Positions 1-8,720 are shown, counted from the stretch's first letter. The stretch: DNA of 64,000 nucleotides from Candidatus Woesearchaeota archaeon (GCA_964410025.1 CAYPFA010000001.1:223401-287400), one strand, 5' to 3'. Translations and numbers: made by a program. The notes: generated by a model from the sequence alone, not told the origin.

Positions 1-406
1 TCATGTCAAAGATAAATAATCCGTTTTTATTCAGATGGTTTTTAGATTTTGCAAAAACTTCTTCCCAATTTTTATATGGTTTGACTTCATTTATGCATTC
101 ATGGACTGAAAATATGACATCAAATTGTTCGTTTATATTTAATTTATCCATGCTTTGTATATAAAATCTTCCCCTTGGAATTAGTTTTTTTGCAATTTGC
201 ACATATTCTTTTTGTAAATCTAAACCTGATACATCAAATTTTTTAAAGTGAAACAAAACTGCGCCAAGTCCGACTCCTAATTCCAAGACTTTTTTTGCCG
301 ACGGATTATATTTTCTTATTTGTGTCAAAACTTTTTCTGCTCTAACTTTTGCAGCTTTTCTGTTCAAATTCTTTTCCCAAATTCTTGCTTGTTCTGATGT
401 TTTCAT
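1..406 (-). CDS. Class I SAM-dependent methyltransferase, C-terminus cut by window edge
   Basis: Absent from ORF track because no stop lies in the window. Reverse-strand ATG at 404-406. My translation is MKTSEQARIWEKNLNRKAAKV...KKVLELGVGLGAVLFHFKKFDVSGLDLQKEYV, which has the LExGxGxG SAM-binding motif I followed by an acidic motif II. Confidence 0.6.
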   Translation of the reverse strand, partial: MKTSEQARIWEKNLNRKAAKVRAEKVLTQIRKYNPSAKKVLELGVGLGAVLFHFKKFDVSGLDLQKEYVQIAKKLIPRGRFYIQSMDKLNINEQFDVIFSVHECINEVKPYKNWEEVFAKSKNHLNKNGLFIFDM

Positions 407-642
407 TTAAACCACCTTGTTGAAATTAGCCAAGAGCTGGCTATTAAAAATAGCAGTAAGGTAAAGAAGGATGTTGGTTTGTCTATAAAAAGTAAAATAA
501 CTGCTACGGCTAATAAGGCCGGAATTATAAATTTAAAATAAGTTTTGTAGATATCTTTTTCCCAGTTTGTTAGATAAGCTCCAAAAATTCCCATTAGAAT
601 TGCAATTAGGACGAAGAGAATGTTGTTTAATATTTCTAACAT
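403..642 (-). CDS. Small integral membrane protein (2-3 TM helices), unknown function
   Basis: 79-aa ORF made almost entirely of hydrophobic segments. It overlaps the downstream methyltransferase start by 4 nt. Confidence 0.4.
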   Translation of the reverse strand: MLEILNNILFVLIAILMGIFGAYLTNWEKDIYKTYFKFIIPALLAVAVILLFIDKPTSFFTLLLFLIASSWLISTRWFK

Positions 643-675
643 AAGATTTATAATGCTTGGCGGTTTTTAAGCGTT

Positions 676-1488
676 ATGAAGCTTGTAGATGTACATTGCC
701 ATTTGGAAGGAGAAAGGTTCGAGAAAGATATAAACGAGGTTATTAAGAGAGCTGAAGACGCTGGAGTTGTTCTGATTGTGAATTCTGGTGTTAATCCAGA
801 GACAAATAGGCTAGCACTTGAACTTTCTAAAGAAAATAAGATTGTAAAGCCCAGTTTTGGGATTTATCCAATTGATGCGCTTATTCATAAATTTAAGGAT
901 TTAAATGATGATTATCCTCGAAAGATTGAAGCATTTGATTATAAAGAAGAATTGAAATGGATTGAAGAAAATAAGGAAAGTTGTGTTGCGATTGGCGAGG
1001 TTGGTTTGGATTTTAAAGTGATTGAAAAGGCTAAAAATGTTGAAGAAGTTAAGAAAGAGCAGATAAAAATATTCGAAGATATTATTGGGTTTGCAAAGAA
1101 GATTAACAAGCCGCTAGTTGTGCACTCAAGAGGAGCTGAAGTGGAAGTTGTTGAAACACTTGAAAAACATGGAGTAAAAAACGTGATTATTCATTCTTTT
1201 AATGGAAATAAAAAGTTAATCAAAAGAATTGTTGAAAATGGTTGGTATTTTTCTGTTCCTGCAGTTATTACTCGACTTCAACATTTTCAGATGTTAGTTG
1301 AGATGGTTGATTTGAAACAATTATTAACTGAAACAGATGCGCCTTATTTGGCTCCTGTTGCAGGAGAAAGGTCAGAGCCTGCGAATGTTGCAATTACGGT
1401 TAGAGAAATTGCTAGAATAAAAAATTTAACAGAAAATGAGATTGCTGAACAAATATACGAGAATACGAAGAAAATTTTAAATTTATAA
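676..1488 (+). CDS. TatD-family metal-dependent hydrolase/DNase
   Basis: DVHCHLE at the N-terminus, then GEVGLDF, VHSRGA, IHSFNG and TETDAPYL, the canonical TatD metal-ligand series. Confidence 0.85.
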   Translation: MKLVDVHCHLEGERFEKDINEVIKRAEDAGVVLIVNSGVNPETNRLALELSKENKIVKPSFGIYPIDALIHKFKDLNDDYPRKIEAFDYKEELKWIEENKESCVAIGEVGLDFKVIEKAKNVEEVKKEQIKIFEDIIGFAKKINKPLVVHSRGAEVEVVETLEKHGVKNVIIHSFNGNKKLIKRIVENGWYFSVPAVITRLQHFQMLVEMVDLKQLLTETDAPYLAPVAGERSEPANVAITVREIARIKNLTENEIAEQIYENTKKILNL

Positions 1489-2076
1489 TTACTCTTTCTT
1501 AAAAGAATTACGTATCATTTTACCCAGATAGTGTGCCGCTCCAAATACAACCACTCCGGGAAGAAGTGTTATCCCTAGAGTTGGCGCGAGAAGCCCCACA
1601 CTAATTGTTCCAACAGTTCCTACTCCTATTGATTCCAAAATTCCCGCCGCACTAGATATAGATTCCTCCACATGTTTATTCTCAGGATCAATTTGCATCA
1701 CTATTTTTCCACCCTTAAAAATTCTTATCTTCTTATCTTCCTCTGAAACAAGTAAAACAAAATTCTCTTTAGCTTTTGATGCAGTCATCGCCGCGCTATG
1801 TCTTGTTCCAAAATTCTTAAAAGCAGAACTAGTCTTTATTAAAACACCATAGGCTTCAACAAAACCCTTCTTATTTATTATAACTGCACCATCAATAAGA
1901 GCGAGCGACTCCAGAAGCTTAGGATTTTTCATAGCCTCAAATTTTGGCATAGATTGGTCTATTAATTTTGAATATTTTGTTTTTCCAACTACAAACAAAG
2001 CGCCTTCATTTCTTTTTGCAATTTTAATTCCAATCTTTATTAAGAATTCTTGAACGTCTTCTTTTTTCTCTATCAT
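1489..2076 (-). CDS. Diadenylate cyclase (DAC/DisA_N) domain protein with C-terminal transmembrane helices
   Basis: EGALFVVG, LIDGAVII and GTRHSAAMTASK match the DGA and RHR-type DAC motifs. The C-terminal GVGTVGTISVGLLAPTLGITLLPGVVVFGAAHYLG is hydrophobic. Confidence 0.7.
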   Translation of the reverse strand: MIEKKEDVQEFLIKIGIKIAKRNEGALFVVGKTKYSKLIDQSMPKFEAMKNPKLLESLALIDGAVIINKKGFVEAYGVLIKTSSAFKNFGTRHSAAMTASKAKENFVLLVSEEDKKIRIFKGGKIVMQIDPENKHVEESISSAAGILESIGVGTVGTISVGLLAPTLGITLLPGVVVFGAAHYLGKMIRNSFKKE

Positions 2077-2106
2077 AATATTTTTTAGCTAACTGAATTT
2101 AAATAG

Positions 2107-3894
2107 TTATTCTTTAAGATATCCGCCCTTCTGCAGATTCCAAAGTTTTTTGTATTCTCCATCCTGACTAATTAGCTGAGAATGCTTTCCCATCTGAACA
2201 ATTTTTCCATTTTTCATTACTACAATTATATCAGCATGCATTATTGTTGAAAGTCTATGCGCTATAATTATTGAAGTTCTATTCTTCATTAAATTTTCCA
2301 AATCCTTTTTAATTTCATATTCTGTTTCTGAGTCCAATGCAGACGTAGCTTCATCTAAAACAAGTATTTTTTTATCTGCCAAAATTGCCCTTGCTATAGA
2401 AACTCTTTGTTTTTCTCCGCCAGAAAGTTTTACTCCTCTTTCCCCAACAATCGTATTTTCTTTTTCGGGAAATCTTTCTATCACCCTGTCTAGTTGCGCA
2501 AACTTAATTGCCTTAGTCACTTCTTCCTTTGTTGCATGAGGATTTGAAAACTTTATATTTTCAAAAATTGAATCATCAAACAAAATACATTCCTGAGGAA
2601 CCACTGCCATTTCACCTCTTAATGTTTCGCTTTTCACATCTCTAATATCCTTACCGTCTATCAAAATTTTTCCAGAATTTACGTCATAGAGTCTATAAAT
2701 TAATTTTATTAACGAACTTTTTCCACATCCTGAATGTCCTACAAGCGCAACTTTTTTACCTGCAGGAATTTTTAAACTAAAATTTTCAAACAATTTTCTA
2801 TTTCCGTAACTAAATGAAATATCACTAATATCAATTTCTCCTCTTTTTATTTCAATTTTTTTTGCGTTCGGTTTATCTTTTATACTGCTTTCAATTTTAC
2901 CATACTCAAACAAATCTTGAAAATCCGCCATTGACTTAGAAAATCCTCTTAATCCATGAACAAACATAAACATCGGTCCCGTTATGCTCATATAAGTAGT
3001 ATAAATGAATGTCAATGTACCTAATGTCAACTGTCCATTTATGAATTTAACAAACGAAAAATATAATAACAACAAAGTTCCCAATCCGATAATAAAACTT
3101 TGTCCAGCGCTCATAGATCTCCAAGCATGCCAAGCAATCAATGAATTACTTCTCGTTTCCTTTGTTAGTCGCACATATCTAGATTTAATATAATCTTCTT
3201 TACCAAAATATTTAATCGAATCTATATTTGTAAAAATATCTGCCACATAACCCTTCTCTATATCTTCCGATTTATTTTGTTGAACATTTAATGGATCAAT
3301 CTTTTTTTGTGAAATATAACTATACCCTATAAAAACCACGAATATACTACTGATTATGAGTGCCGAAAGCTTGTCCAAATATATAAGTGAACCAACTAAA
3401 ACAATCGACTGAAGAATTAATGGAGAAAACTCAAAAACAATAGAATCATTAATTCTTTCCATTGCACTCGCGCCTCTATTTAATCTTGAAATTAACGAGC
3501 CTGTTTTATTTGTCGTATAAAATTTACTATCTAAAGACATCAGATGCGACATATACTTCTGCTTCAAATCATAAATCATATCTGCATCTAAAATATTTAA
3601 AAAATGAAGTTTAAACCAATTAGAAAAAATACTAGATATGGCAGCAATCACAAAAAAAATTAATAATACCAAAAGTGCACTAATAAAAATTTGCGAAGAT
3701 ATTATTCCTGCCGAAAAATCCGTTGCCCGATCTATTGCCAGCTTAAAAATAAATTTGTCCACTATCTGCTTTCCTTCATGCACGAGAGCTATAAATACAA
3801 TTAAAAAAAATAAAAATTTATATTTACTTAAAAATTCAAGATAAACTTTAAAATTATACTTAAAATCTACCGTCTTCTCTGCCTTTTTTTCCAT
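2107..3894 (-). CDS. ABC exporter, fused permease + ATPase (MsbA/MdlB type)
   Basis: N-terminal six-TM region. Walker A GHSGCGKSS, signature LSGGEKQRVSIARA, Walker B ILVLDEATSALD. Confidence 0.9.
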   Translation of the reverse strand: MEKKAEKTVDFKYNFKVYLEFLSKYKFLFFLIVFIALVHEGKQIVDKFIFKLAIDRATDFSAGIISSQIFISALLVLLIFFVIAAISSIFSNWFKLHFLNILDADMIYDLKQKYMSHLMSLDSKFYTTNKTGSLISRLNRGASAMERINDSIVFEFSPLILQSIVLVGSLIYLDKLSALIISSIFVVFIGYSYISQKKIDPLNVQQNKSEDIEKGYVADIFTNIDSIKYFGKEDYIKSRYVRLTKETRSNSLIAWHAWRSMSAGQSFIIGLGTLLLLYFSFVKFINGQLTLGTLTFIYTTYMSITGPMFMFVHGLRGFSKSMADFQDLFEYGKIESSIKDKPNAKKIEIKRGEIDISDISFSYGNRKLFENFSLKIPAGKKVALVGHSGCGKSSLIKLIYRLYDVNSGKILIDGKDIRDVKSETLRGEMAVVPQECILFDDSIFENIKFSNPHATKEEVTKAIKFAQLDRVIERFPEKENTIVGERGVKLSGGEKQRVSIARAILADKKILVLDEATSALDSETEYEIKKDLENLMKNRTSIIIAHRLSTIMHADIIVVMKNGKIVQMGKHSQLISQDGEYKKLWNLQKGGYLKE

Positions 3895-3944
3895 AATTAA
3901 TAGACGAAAAATCAGTTTTTAATATTAACGTTTAGAAAAATTGT

Positions 3945-4298
3945 TTAAATCAAATCTTCTTCTGGTATATCTTGAAATGATGGCTTCTTTTGAACTGGCT
4001 TATCAATATTTCCTAAACTCTGCTGTGGTTTTTTAGAATTTTTAAAAGCCTCTGCTTTTGCAATAGCTTCCGCACTTGGTTGCAATCCATCCAGAGAAAT
4101 TGAATTAATCATATCTTTAAATTCTTGAAATTGATCAGCTGTTATTCTTGTTCCAGCTTTTGTAAAACCCTTATAACCTGTTTTTTGATCGTTTGTAAAT
4201 TCTCTAATCGTTACTCCAATCTTACCACCGAAATCATCCACTCTTACAATAATATCTGTATTATCATTCTTTTTTATTTTTCCAATATCTTTTTCCAT
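3945..4298 (-). CDS. PC4/YdbC-like ssDNA-binding domain protein
   Basis: IIVRVDDFGGKIGVTIREFTNDQKTGYKGFTKAGTRITADQFQEFKDMINSI follows the PC4 pattern (F-G-K-x-x-V-x-IRE...KG...F..L). The tail is low-complexity. Confidence 0.5.
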   Translation of the reverse strand: MEKDIGKIKKNDNTDIIVRVDDFGGKIGVTIREFTNDQKTGYKGFTKAGTRITADQFQEFKDMINSISLDGLQPSAEAIAKAEAFKNSKKPQQSLGNIDKPVQKKPSFQDIPEEDLI

Positions 4299-4343
4299 AT
4301 TTTATTTTATATTATGTTGTTTATAAATATTTATGTTGTGCAA

Positions 4344-4904
4344 TTAATATTCAGCAAAGTTTATTTCTGCTTTCGACATCTTTTGATAAAAATCAAATTC
4401 TGGTGTTTTTTCTCGTGCAGTTATGAAAATTTTTCCAAGTCCTTCCCAAAAAGAAAACCATCCAGCTGGCTCAAGCATCGTTTTAATAATCTGAATTAAG
4501 AATCCATGAAAAGCCGATTCTTCCAAATAAGTGAATGACATTATAAAAAATGTTCCCAATATAAACCACGAAATCCCCTCACGTTTTATAGATCTGATTT
4601 CTTTGTCTGCAATTTTGCTATGGTGCTCGAAATGGTCCTTTAATCTTTTCTTTATTTTCCACTCTTCTCTTTGATTTCTTAATACCTTCGGAACCAAAAT
4701 TCTCAATTCAAGCGCTTCGTTCTTGCCCCTAGCTGCACGTCTACATTCCTGCAAAAAATCGTCAGAAAGAGCACGCTCTTGAAAGGGTCTCGGATCAAAA
4801 TCTGAAAAAATATCTGTATAACTATTAATTATCAAACTAATATTCGCCTCTTTAATTTTTTCCGTTACCGGATCAATTAACTCTTCTGTCACCTCATTCG
4901 CCAT
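4344..4904 (-). CDS. Hypothetical protein with C-terminal membrane segments
   Basis: 186-aa ORF with a charged N-terminal half and hydrophobic ISWFILGTFFIMSFTYL. No family recognised. Confidence 0.4.
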   Translation of the reverse strand: MANEVTEELIDPVTEKIKEANISLIINSYTDIFSDFDPRPFQERALSDDFLQECRRAARGKNEALELRILVPKVLRNQREEWKIKKRLKDHFEHHSKIADKEIRSIKREGISWFILGTFFIMSFTYLEESAFHGFLIQIIKTMLEPAGWFSFWEGLGKIFITAREKTPEFDFYQKMSKAEINFAEY

Positions 4905-4990
4905 AATATTCTATAGAATGGGGATTTATAAATTTAGGGATTTATTTAAAACAATAGATTTTTAATGGTTAAAATTTGTTAATCTTTATT

Positions 4991-5004
4991 GCCCACATCG
5001 CATA
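4991..5004 (+). repeat. 14-nt copy of the 5' end of tRNA-Ser, followed by a small hairpin
   Basis: gcccacatcgcata at 4991-5004 is identical to tRNA positions 5045-5058. It then diverges into gcata-atgtCCGttcgCGG-tatgc. Confidence 0.6.
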
Positions 5005-5044
5005 ATGTCCGTTCGCGGTATGCTCTGTGAGTATAACAACAAAT

Positions 5045-5125
5045 GCCCACATCGCATAGTGGTATTGCACGGGACTGGAAATCCCGGCCCGCAAGGGCTC
5101 GCCGGTCCGATTCCGGCTGTGGGCG
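5045..5125 (+). tRNA. tRNA-Ser (anticodon GGA), class II with long variable arm
   Basis: Hand fold: acceptor GCCCACA/TGTGGGC; 3-bp D stem GCA/TGC; anticodon stem CGGGA/TCCCG with loop CTGGAAA; 14-nt variable arm GCCCgcaaGGGCtc; T stem GCCGG/CCGGC. The T loop TCCGATT is slightly atypical. Confidence 0.75.
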
Positions 5126-5126
5126 T

Positions 5127-5954
5127 TTATAATTCAAAAACTTCCTTGTCATAATATTCCTTAAAAAGTGTAATTAATCTTTTCGTAACTGGGCCTACGC
5201 CATTTTTACAAACAAAATTATCTATTTGAACCACAGGCATCACATTCATACTTGTACTGGTGATAAAAAATTCATCATATTTATCTAACTCGGAAAGTTT
5301 GACTTTTTCTTCAACAATTTCTATTTCATTTTCTTTCGCGAGTTTCTTTACAATTTTGAGCGTTACACCTTCGAGAACATCTGTTAGTAGAGCTGTATAT
5401 AATTTTCCAGCTTTAACAGCGAAGAAATTTGTTCTAGTTCCCTCCCTAATACACTCTTCAGAATCAACAAGTAGTGCGTCTCTTGCTTGGGCATTCGTAG
5501 CTTCTCTGAATGCTAAAAAACTAAGAAGAAGTTCTTTTGATTTGGCCTGGGGAACTTTTCTTTCGCCATGATATGTTACGACCTTAACGCCCTGATTATA
5601 ATCTCTGCTTGGATAAAATGTTAATCCAACTGAAAAAATGAAAAGTTGTGGTTGTTCGTCAGGTGAGGCTGCTCCTAGCAAAAGAAATCTAAAAAGAGAA
5701 TCTTTTATTTCATTAGCTTTAATTAATTTTTCGATCCAACTTAAAATTTCTTCTTTCGTGAATGGATGTTCAAGCTTTATTATTTTAGCAGAATCAATTA
5801 ATCTCTCAACGTGAAATTCCGGGAAAAAACTTTTTCCTTTCACAACTTTCATAGAATCATATACGGCAAAATTAAAAAACATGGCTTTGTTAAATACTGG
5901 AATATTTGCTTGATTTGAATCTATAAGTTCCCCATTAAGTATTACCTTTGCCAT
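5127..5954 (-). CDS. PLP fold-type IV aminotransferase (branched-chain/D-amino-acid aminotransferase or ADC-lyase family)
   Basis: 275 aa. The overall pattern (EGTRTNFF, ITSTSMNVMPV, GPVTKRL) is typical of class IV aminotransferases. Confidence 0.7.
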   Translation of the reverse strand: MAKVILNGELIDSNQANIPVFNKAMFFNFAVYDSMKVVKGKSFFPEFHVERLIDSAKIIKLEHPFTKEEILSWIEKLIKANEIKDSLFRFLLLGAASPDEQPQLFIFSVGLTFYPSRDYNQGVKVVTYHGERKVPQAKSKELLLSFLAFREATNAQARDALLVDSEECIREGTRTNFFAVKAGKLYTALLTDVLEGVTLKIVKKLAKENEIEIVEEKVKLSELDKYDEFFITSTSMNVMPVVQIDNFVCKNGVGPVTKRLITLFKEYYDKEVFEL

Positions 5955-5986
5955 GATATTTATTAGAAGAGCTTCTTTTTATAGTT

Positions 5987-6931
5987 TTAATTTAATTTAA
6001 CCACAAACTCATTATTCTCATAGAAAAATTCCGGCGTTTGTGTTTTTACCATAAATTTCAAATCATTTGTATTTCTAGATGGAAGCCTAAAATTTTCGAG
6101 AGTAATGGTATTCGACATTCCAGGCTCAAGAGTTCGCATTGAAAAATTTCCTATTTTATTATTATTTGATCTATCATAAATTTCTAGCTCTACATTATTT
6201 GCAGAAATCAATCCCCTATTTTCTATCGTAATCTCAAAATTCAAATAAATTCCGCCCTCCGAAACATTTGCCTTTTTAATCCATAAATCTGATTTTGCTT
6301 CAAATGAATAAAGTCTTTTTAATTCTGAAACTATTCCAGGAATTAATTTCTGTTCGCATGAAACATAGGGATAAAGCACGCTTTCTTTGTCCGCAAGATG
6401 ATCGAATCCAAAAACGTGCATCAATTCATGAGTTTCCACAATAGGAGAATCACACTGATTTTTTCCCTGGGTTCCGTAAAGATAAATTTGCCCAGAATTA
6501 ATTAGCGGATAAAGTGAAAGATTAATTAAACTATCCGGACCACCCTCACCCGCCACGAAACTATTATTTCTCGTTGGTTTTTTAACACCCGAACAATAAA
6601 TTTTTATTTTCGCATTTTCTTCTGACATTACTTCATAAAAAGAAATATCCTGAGATCCACTAGAAACAAGAGAGAAAGCCTCCAAGACCCTAGCCTGTTT
6701 TACAAGCTCACAATCAGAAAAATAATAAGAAATTCTATTTGTATTAAATCTCATATTCGGCATAAACATAACGAGCTCCGAACTTGCATTAGTTGCTGGC
6801 AACTCGGAATTTGTTAAGAAAATATTCAAACCTTGCTTTTCCTGCGGAGAAAGTTCATAAAATTTATAACCGAGAAAACCAACACTGCCAATTAAAATAA
6901 TAATTAGCAGGAAATTCATGATTTTTGCCAT
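5987..6931 (-). CDS. Membrane-anchored metzincin-type zinc metalloprotease with C-terminal CARDB-like beta domain
   Basis: N-terminal TM helix. HELMHVFGFDH matches the HExxHxxGxxH metzincin motif. The C-terminal ~100 aa resemble an adhesion/CARDB-type fold. Confidence 0.7.
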   Translation of the reverse strand: MAKIMNFLLIIILIGSVGFLGYKFYELSPQEKQGLNIFLTNSELPATNASSELVMFMPNMRFNTNRISYYFSDCELVKQARVLEAFSLVSSGSQDISFYEVMSEENAKIKIYCSGVKKPTRNNSFVAGEGGPDSLINLSLYPLINSGQIYLYGTQGKNQCDSPIVETHELMHVFGFDHLADKESVLYPYVSCEQKLIPGIVSELKRLYSFEAKSDLWIKKANVSEGGIYLNFEITIENRGLISANNVELEIYDRSNNNKIGNFSMRTLEPGMSNTITLENFRLPSRNTNDLKFMVKTQTPEFFYENNEFVVKLN

Positions 6932-6987
6932 AAAATTAGATGCCTTCAGTATTTATAAGAGTTGCTAAATCTATCCCAACCGAAACC

Positions 6988-6996
6988 CTTAAAAAT
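6988..6996 (+). promoter_or_regulatory. TATA-like box upstream of the SRP RNA
   Basis: cttaaaaat preceded by purine-rich cgaaa, about 21-29 nt upstream of the first paired base of the RNA terminal helix. Confidence 0.35.
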
Positions 6997-7016
6997 CGTC
7001 GATATCTTCTAAAATT

Positions 7017-7276
7017 GCAAACCAGACCTGCGTGTTAGTCCCACGCATTTTCGCAAACGGACTTTAGGCGAGTCGCAAGGGGGCGCGTGATGCTGAACTT
7101 TAAAAGTCAACTGTTTGACGTTGAGGTTTTGTCCTTCTCGATCTCCTTATGGTGAAACGAGTGAGGCCTTGATCGGAGCAACTCTAAATTATAAGCCAGA
7201 TGCTTGAAGGGTTGCAAAGCTGAGGATAATATTTGACCTCTTTAATGGGATACTGAGCTAGCTCCTGGGTTTGCGC
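7017..7276 (+). ncRNA. Signal recognition particle RNA (archaeal 7S/SRP RNA), boundaries approximate
   Basis: GC-enriched ORF-free island. The 5' gcaaaccag (7017-7025) pairs with 3' ctgggtttgc (7265-7274). Helix-8-like hairpin at 7146-7195: CTTAT-GGTGAAA-CGAGT-GAGGCC-ttgatc-GGAGCA-ACTC-TAAAT-ATAAG, resembling the conserved GGUGAA...GGAGCA...AAA of SRP helix 8. Alu-domain-like hairpins TGCGTG/CACGCA (7029-7047) and TCGC/GCGA (7051-7071) have loops carrying complementary AGTCC and GGACT. Confidence 0.6.
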
Positions 7277-7345
7277 TTAATTTGTTCTTAAATCTCCTGT
7301 GTCAAAATGTAAGGACAAAACGCTTTTATACTAAACTTCAAAAGA

Positions 7346-7443
7346 AAAATTTGATGCCTAATGCCCACTTCATTTCTGTTACACAGAAAAACCCGCCCTT
7401 GTTTTTATTTGAACTGCCAACGTTTTTTACGGCATCAAATTTT
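7346..7443. repeat. 13-bp perfect inverted repeat enclosing 72 nt
   Basis: aaaatttgatgcc (7346-7358) and ggcatcaaatttt (7431-7443), in the non-coding gap between the SRP RNA and the first pilin gene. Confidence 0.5.
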
Positions 7444-7566
7444 TCGAAATCAAACTTAAAGGCATATATTATTAGTGTAATAAGTGGGAGTTCACCGTTC
7501 GTATAACAAAACTTTCATTCCCAATATTTTTGAAACCTTTATAAATAATGAATGGCTTAATAACTT

Positions 7567-8175
7567 ATGAGAGGTTTGGTTGGTTCGCGAAATGCATTTG
7601 TTATGCTTAATAATGAATATTTTAAGGCAAAAGCGTTTCGCTCAAAGCGAGCGCAGTTTTTTATTTTAAGTGCAGTAATTATTGCGGCAATTATTGTAAG
7701 CATGGCATCCATAAAAAATTTTGTTATAACCGGCAACGTCCCAAGCAAAATGTACTATTATGGAGACCAACTAGACTCGGAATCTGGAGCAGTAATTGAT
7801 TACAACCTTTACAACTCGGCATCTGGAAATCTAAAAGACTTTCTACAAAAAGCAATAAATTATTCAAAAAACAATTTTCCAGGACTTGATGTCTATTCTT
7901 GTTACTCTTCATCGCCAAACTCAAATACCCTCTCTTGTCAAAACAACGGCTCTCTTACAATTTCCATAAATTCTCCCGCAACTACAATAAATCCACTAAG
8001 CTCTGCGAACATAGATATAACAAATTTAAACTCGCTCACAATGAACGTAAATGGAAATAACTATCAAGTTCCGCTACTAAATTCTTCAATAGTTCGTGAA
8101 CAATTTTATTTTATAATTAGAGTCAATACAAGCTCTGGAGAATTTATTGATGTCTCCAAAGAAATGAAAAATTAA
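7567..8175 (+). CDS. Archaeal type IV pilin-like protein (class III signal peptide); start may be the ATG at 7603
   Basis: FRSKRAQFFILSAVIIAAIIVSMASI has a basic K-R-A followed by a hydrophobic helix. It is the first of five tandem pilin-like genes. Confidence 0.55.
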   Translation: MRGLVGSRNAFVMLNNEYFKAKAFRSKRAQFFILSAVIIAAIIVSMASIKNFVITGNVPSKMYYYGDQLDSESGAVIDYNLYNSASGNLKDFLQKAINYSKNNFPGLDVYSCYSSSPNSNTLSCQNNGSLTISINSPATTINPLSSANIDITNLNSLTMNVNGNNYQVPLLNSSIVREQFYFIIRVNTSSGEFIDVSKEMKN

Positions 8176-8216
8176 TATATAAGAAAATTTAAATAGCTTA
8201 TTCTCAATATATTAAC

Positions 8217-8690
8217 ATGTTTAATAAAAGAAAAAGAGGTCTTAGCGAAATCGTTGCCTATGTTTTATTAATTTCCATCTCGCTTGCAATAGCTGGATCG
8301 GTTTTTTCCTGGCTAAAATTCTACACCTCTCCATCCAACGAAATCAATTGCGAAGAAGGCGTTTCTCTAACCATAAGAAATTATGTATATAACTGTTCAT
8401 CACAAGGCCTAAATCTAACGATCCAAAACAATGGATTATTTGACATTGATGGTTACATAATTAGAGTAAATAACATCTCCTCAACTTCAAAAATTGGAAT
8501 CCTAACTCTCAACAGAACCGGAGCCCCAATTCAAACAGAAGAAAGCCATTTAGATTCCTACTTAGAAATAAACAGAACAATAAAGGGAACAATTTATTTC
8601 GTAGAAGTTCAACCAATATTAAACCAAAGCAATAGCATAGTTTACTGCAAAGACAAAATTTCTCGACAAAGTCTAAGCTGTTCTCAATAA
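8217..8690 (+). CDS. Archaeal type IV pilin-like protein
   Basis: MFNKRKRGLSEIVAYVLLISISLAIAGSVF, a KRG-L prepilin-type N-terminus. Confidence 0.65.
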   Translation: MFNKRKRGLSEIVAYVLLISISLAIAGSVFSWLKFYTSPSNEINCEEGVSLTIRNYVYNCSSQGLNLTIQNNGLFDIDGYIIRVNNISSTSKIGILTLNRTGAPIQTEESHLDSYLEINRTIKGTIYFVEVQPILNQSNSIVYCKDKISRQSLSCSQ

Positions 8691-8720
8691 GTTTATAAAT
8701 CTAAACAGCATTATGAAAAT

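Noticed and set aside
3005-3844. Track ORFs 3005-3193 and 3638-3844 (plus strand) inside the ABC transporter gene.
   Set aside because: They lie antisense within a strongly supported 595-aa CDS, are low-complexity, and match no motif. The same reasoning applies to 4125-4499, 5260-5571, 11019-11279, 12396-12593, 13011-13262, 13463-13645, 13980-14207, 18998-19216, 19628-19934, 21011-21509, 22884-23132, 23639-23893, 24367-24591, 27223-27483, 28230-28418, 30014-30716, 31973-32161, 33044-33277, 35289-35884, 37553-37768, 38245-38547, 39721-39990, 45751-45975, 46951-47166, 47705-47941, 48416-48676, 51273-51551, 58312-58593, 58875-59072, 59987-60187 and 60328-61077.
7017-7276. Possible RNase P RNA: the minus strand contains AAAGTCC and GGCTTA, reminiscent of CR-I and CR-V.
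   Set aside because: On the minus strand the two motifs are in the wrong 5'-3' order. The same bases are better explained on the plus strand as the Alu-domain loop-loop pair and the base of SRP helix 8. The GGTGAAA...GGAGCA hairpin fits SRP RNA.
7282-7506. 74-aa ORF (TTG start) in the SRP RNA-pilin gap.
   Set aside because: Composition is biased, there is no SD or promoter logic, and it spans the 13-bp inverted repeat. It is most likely non-coding.
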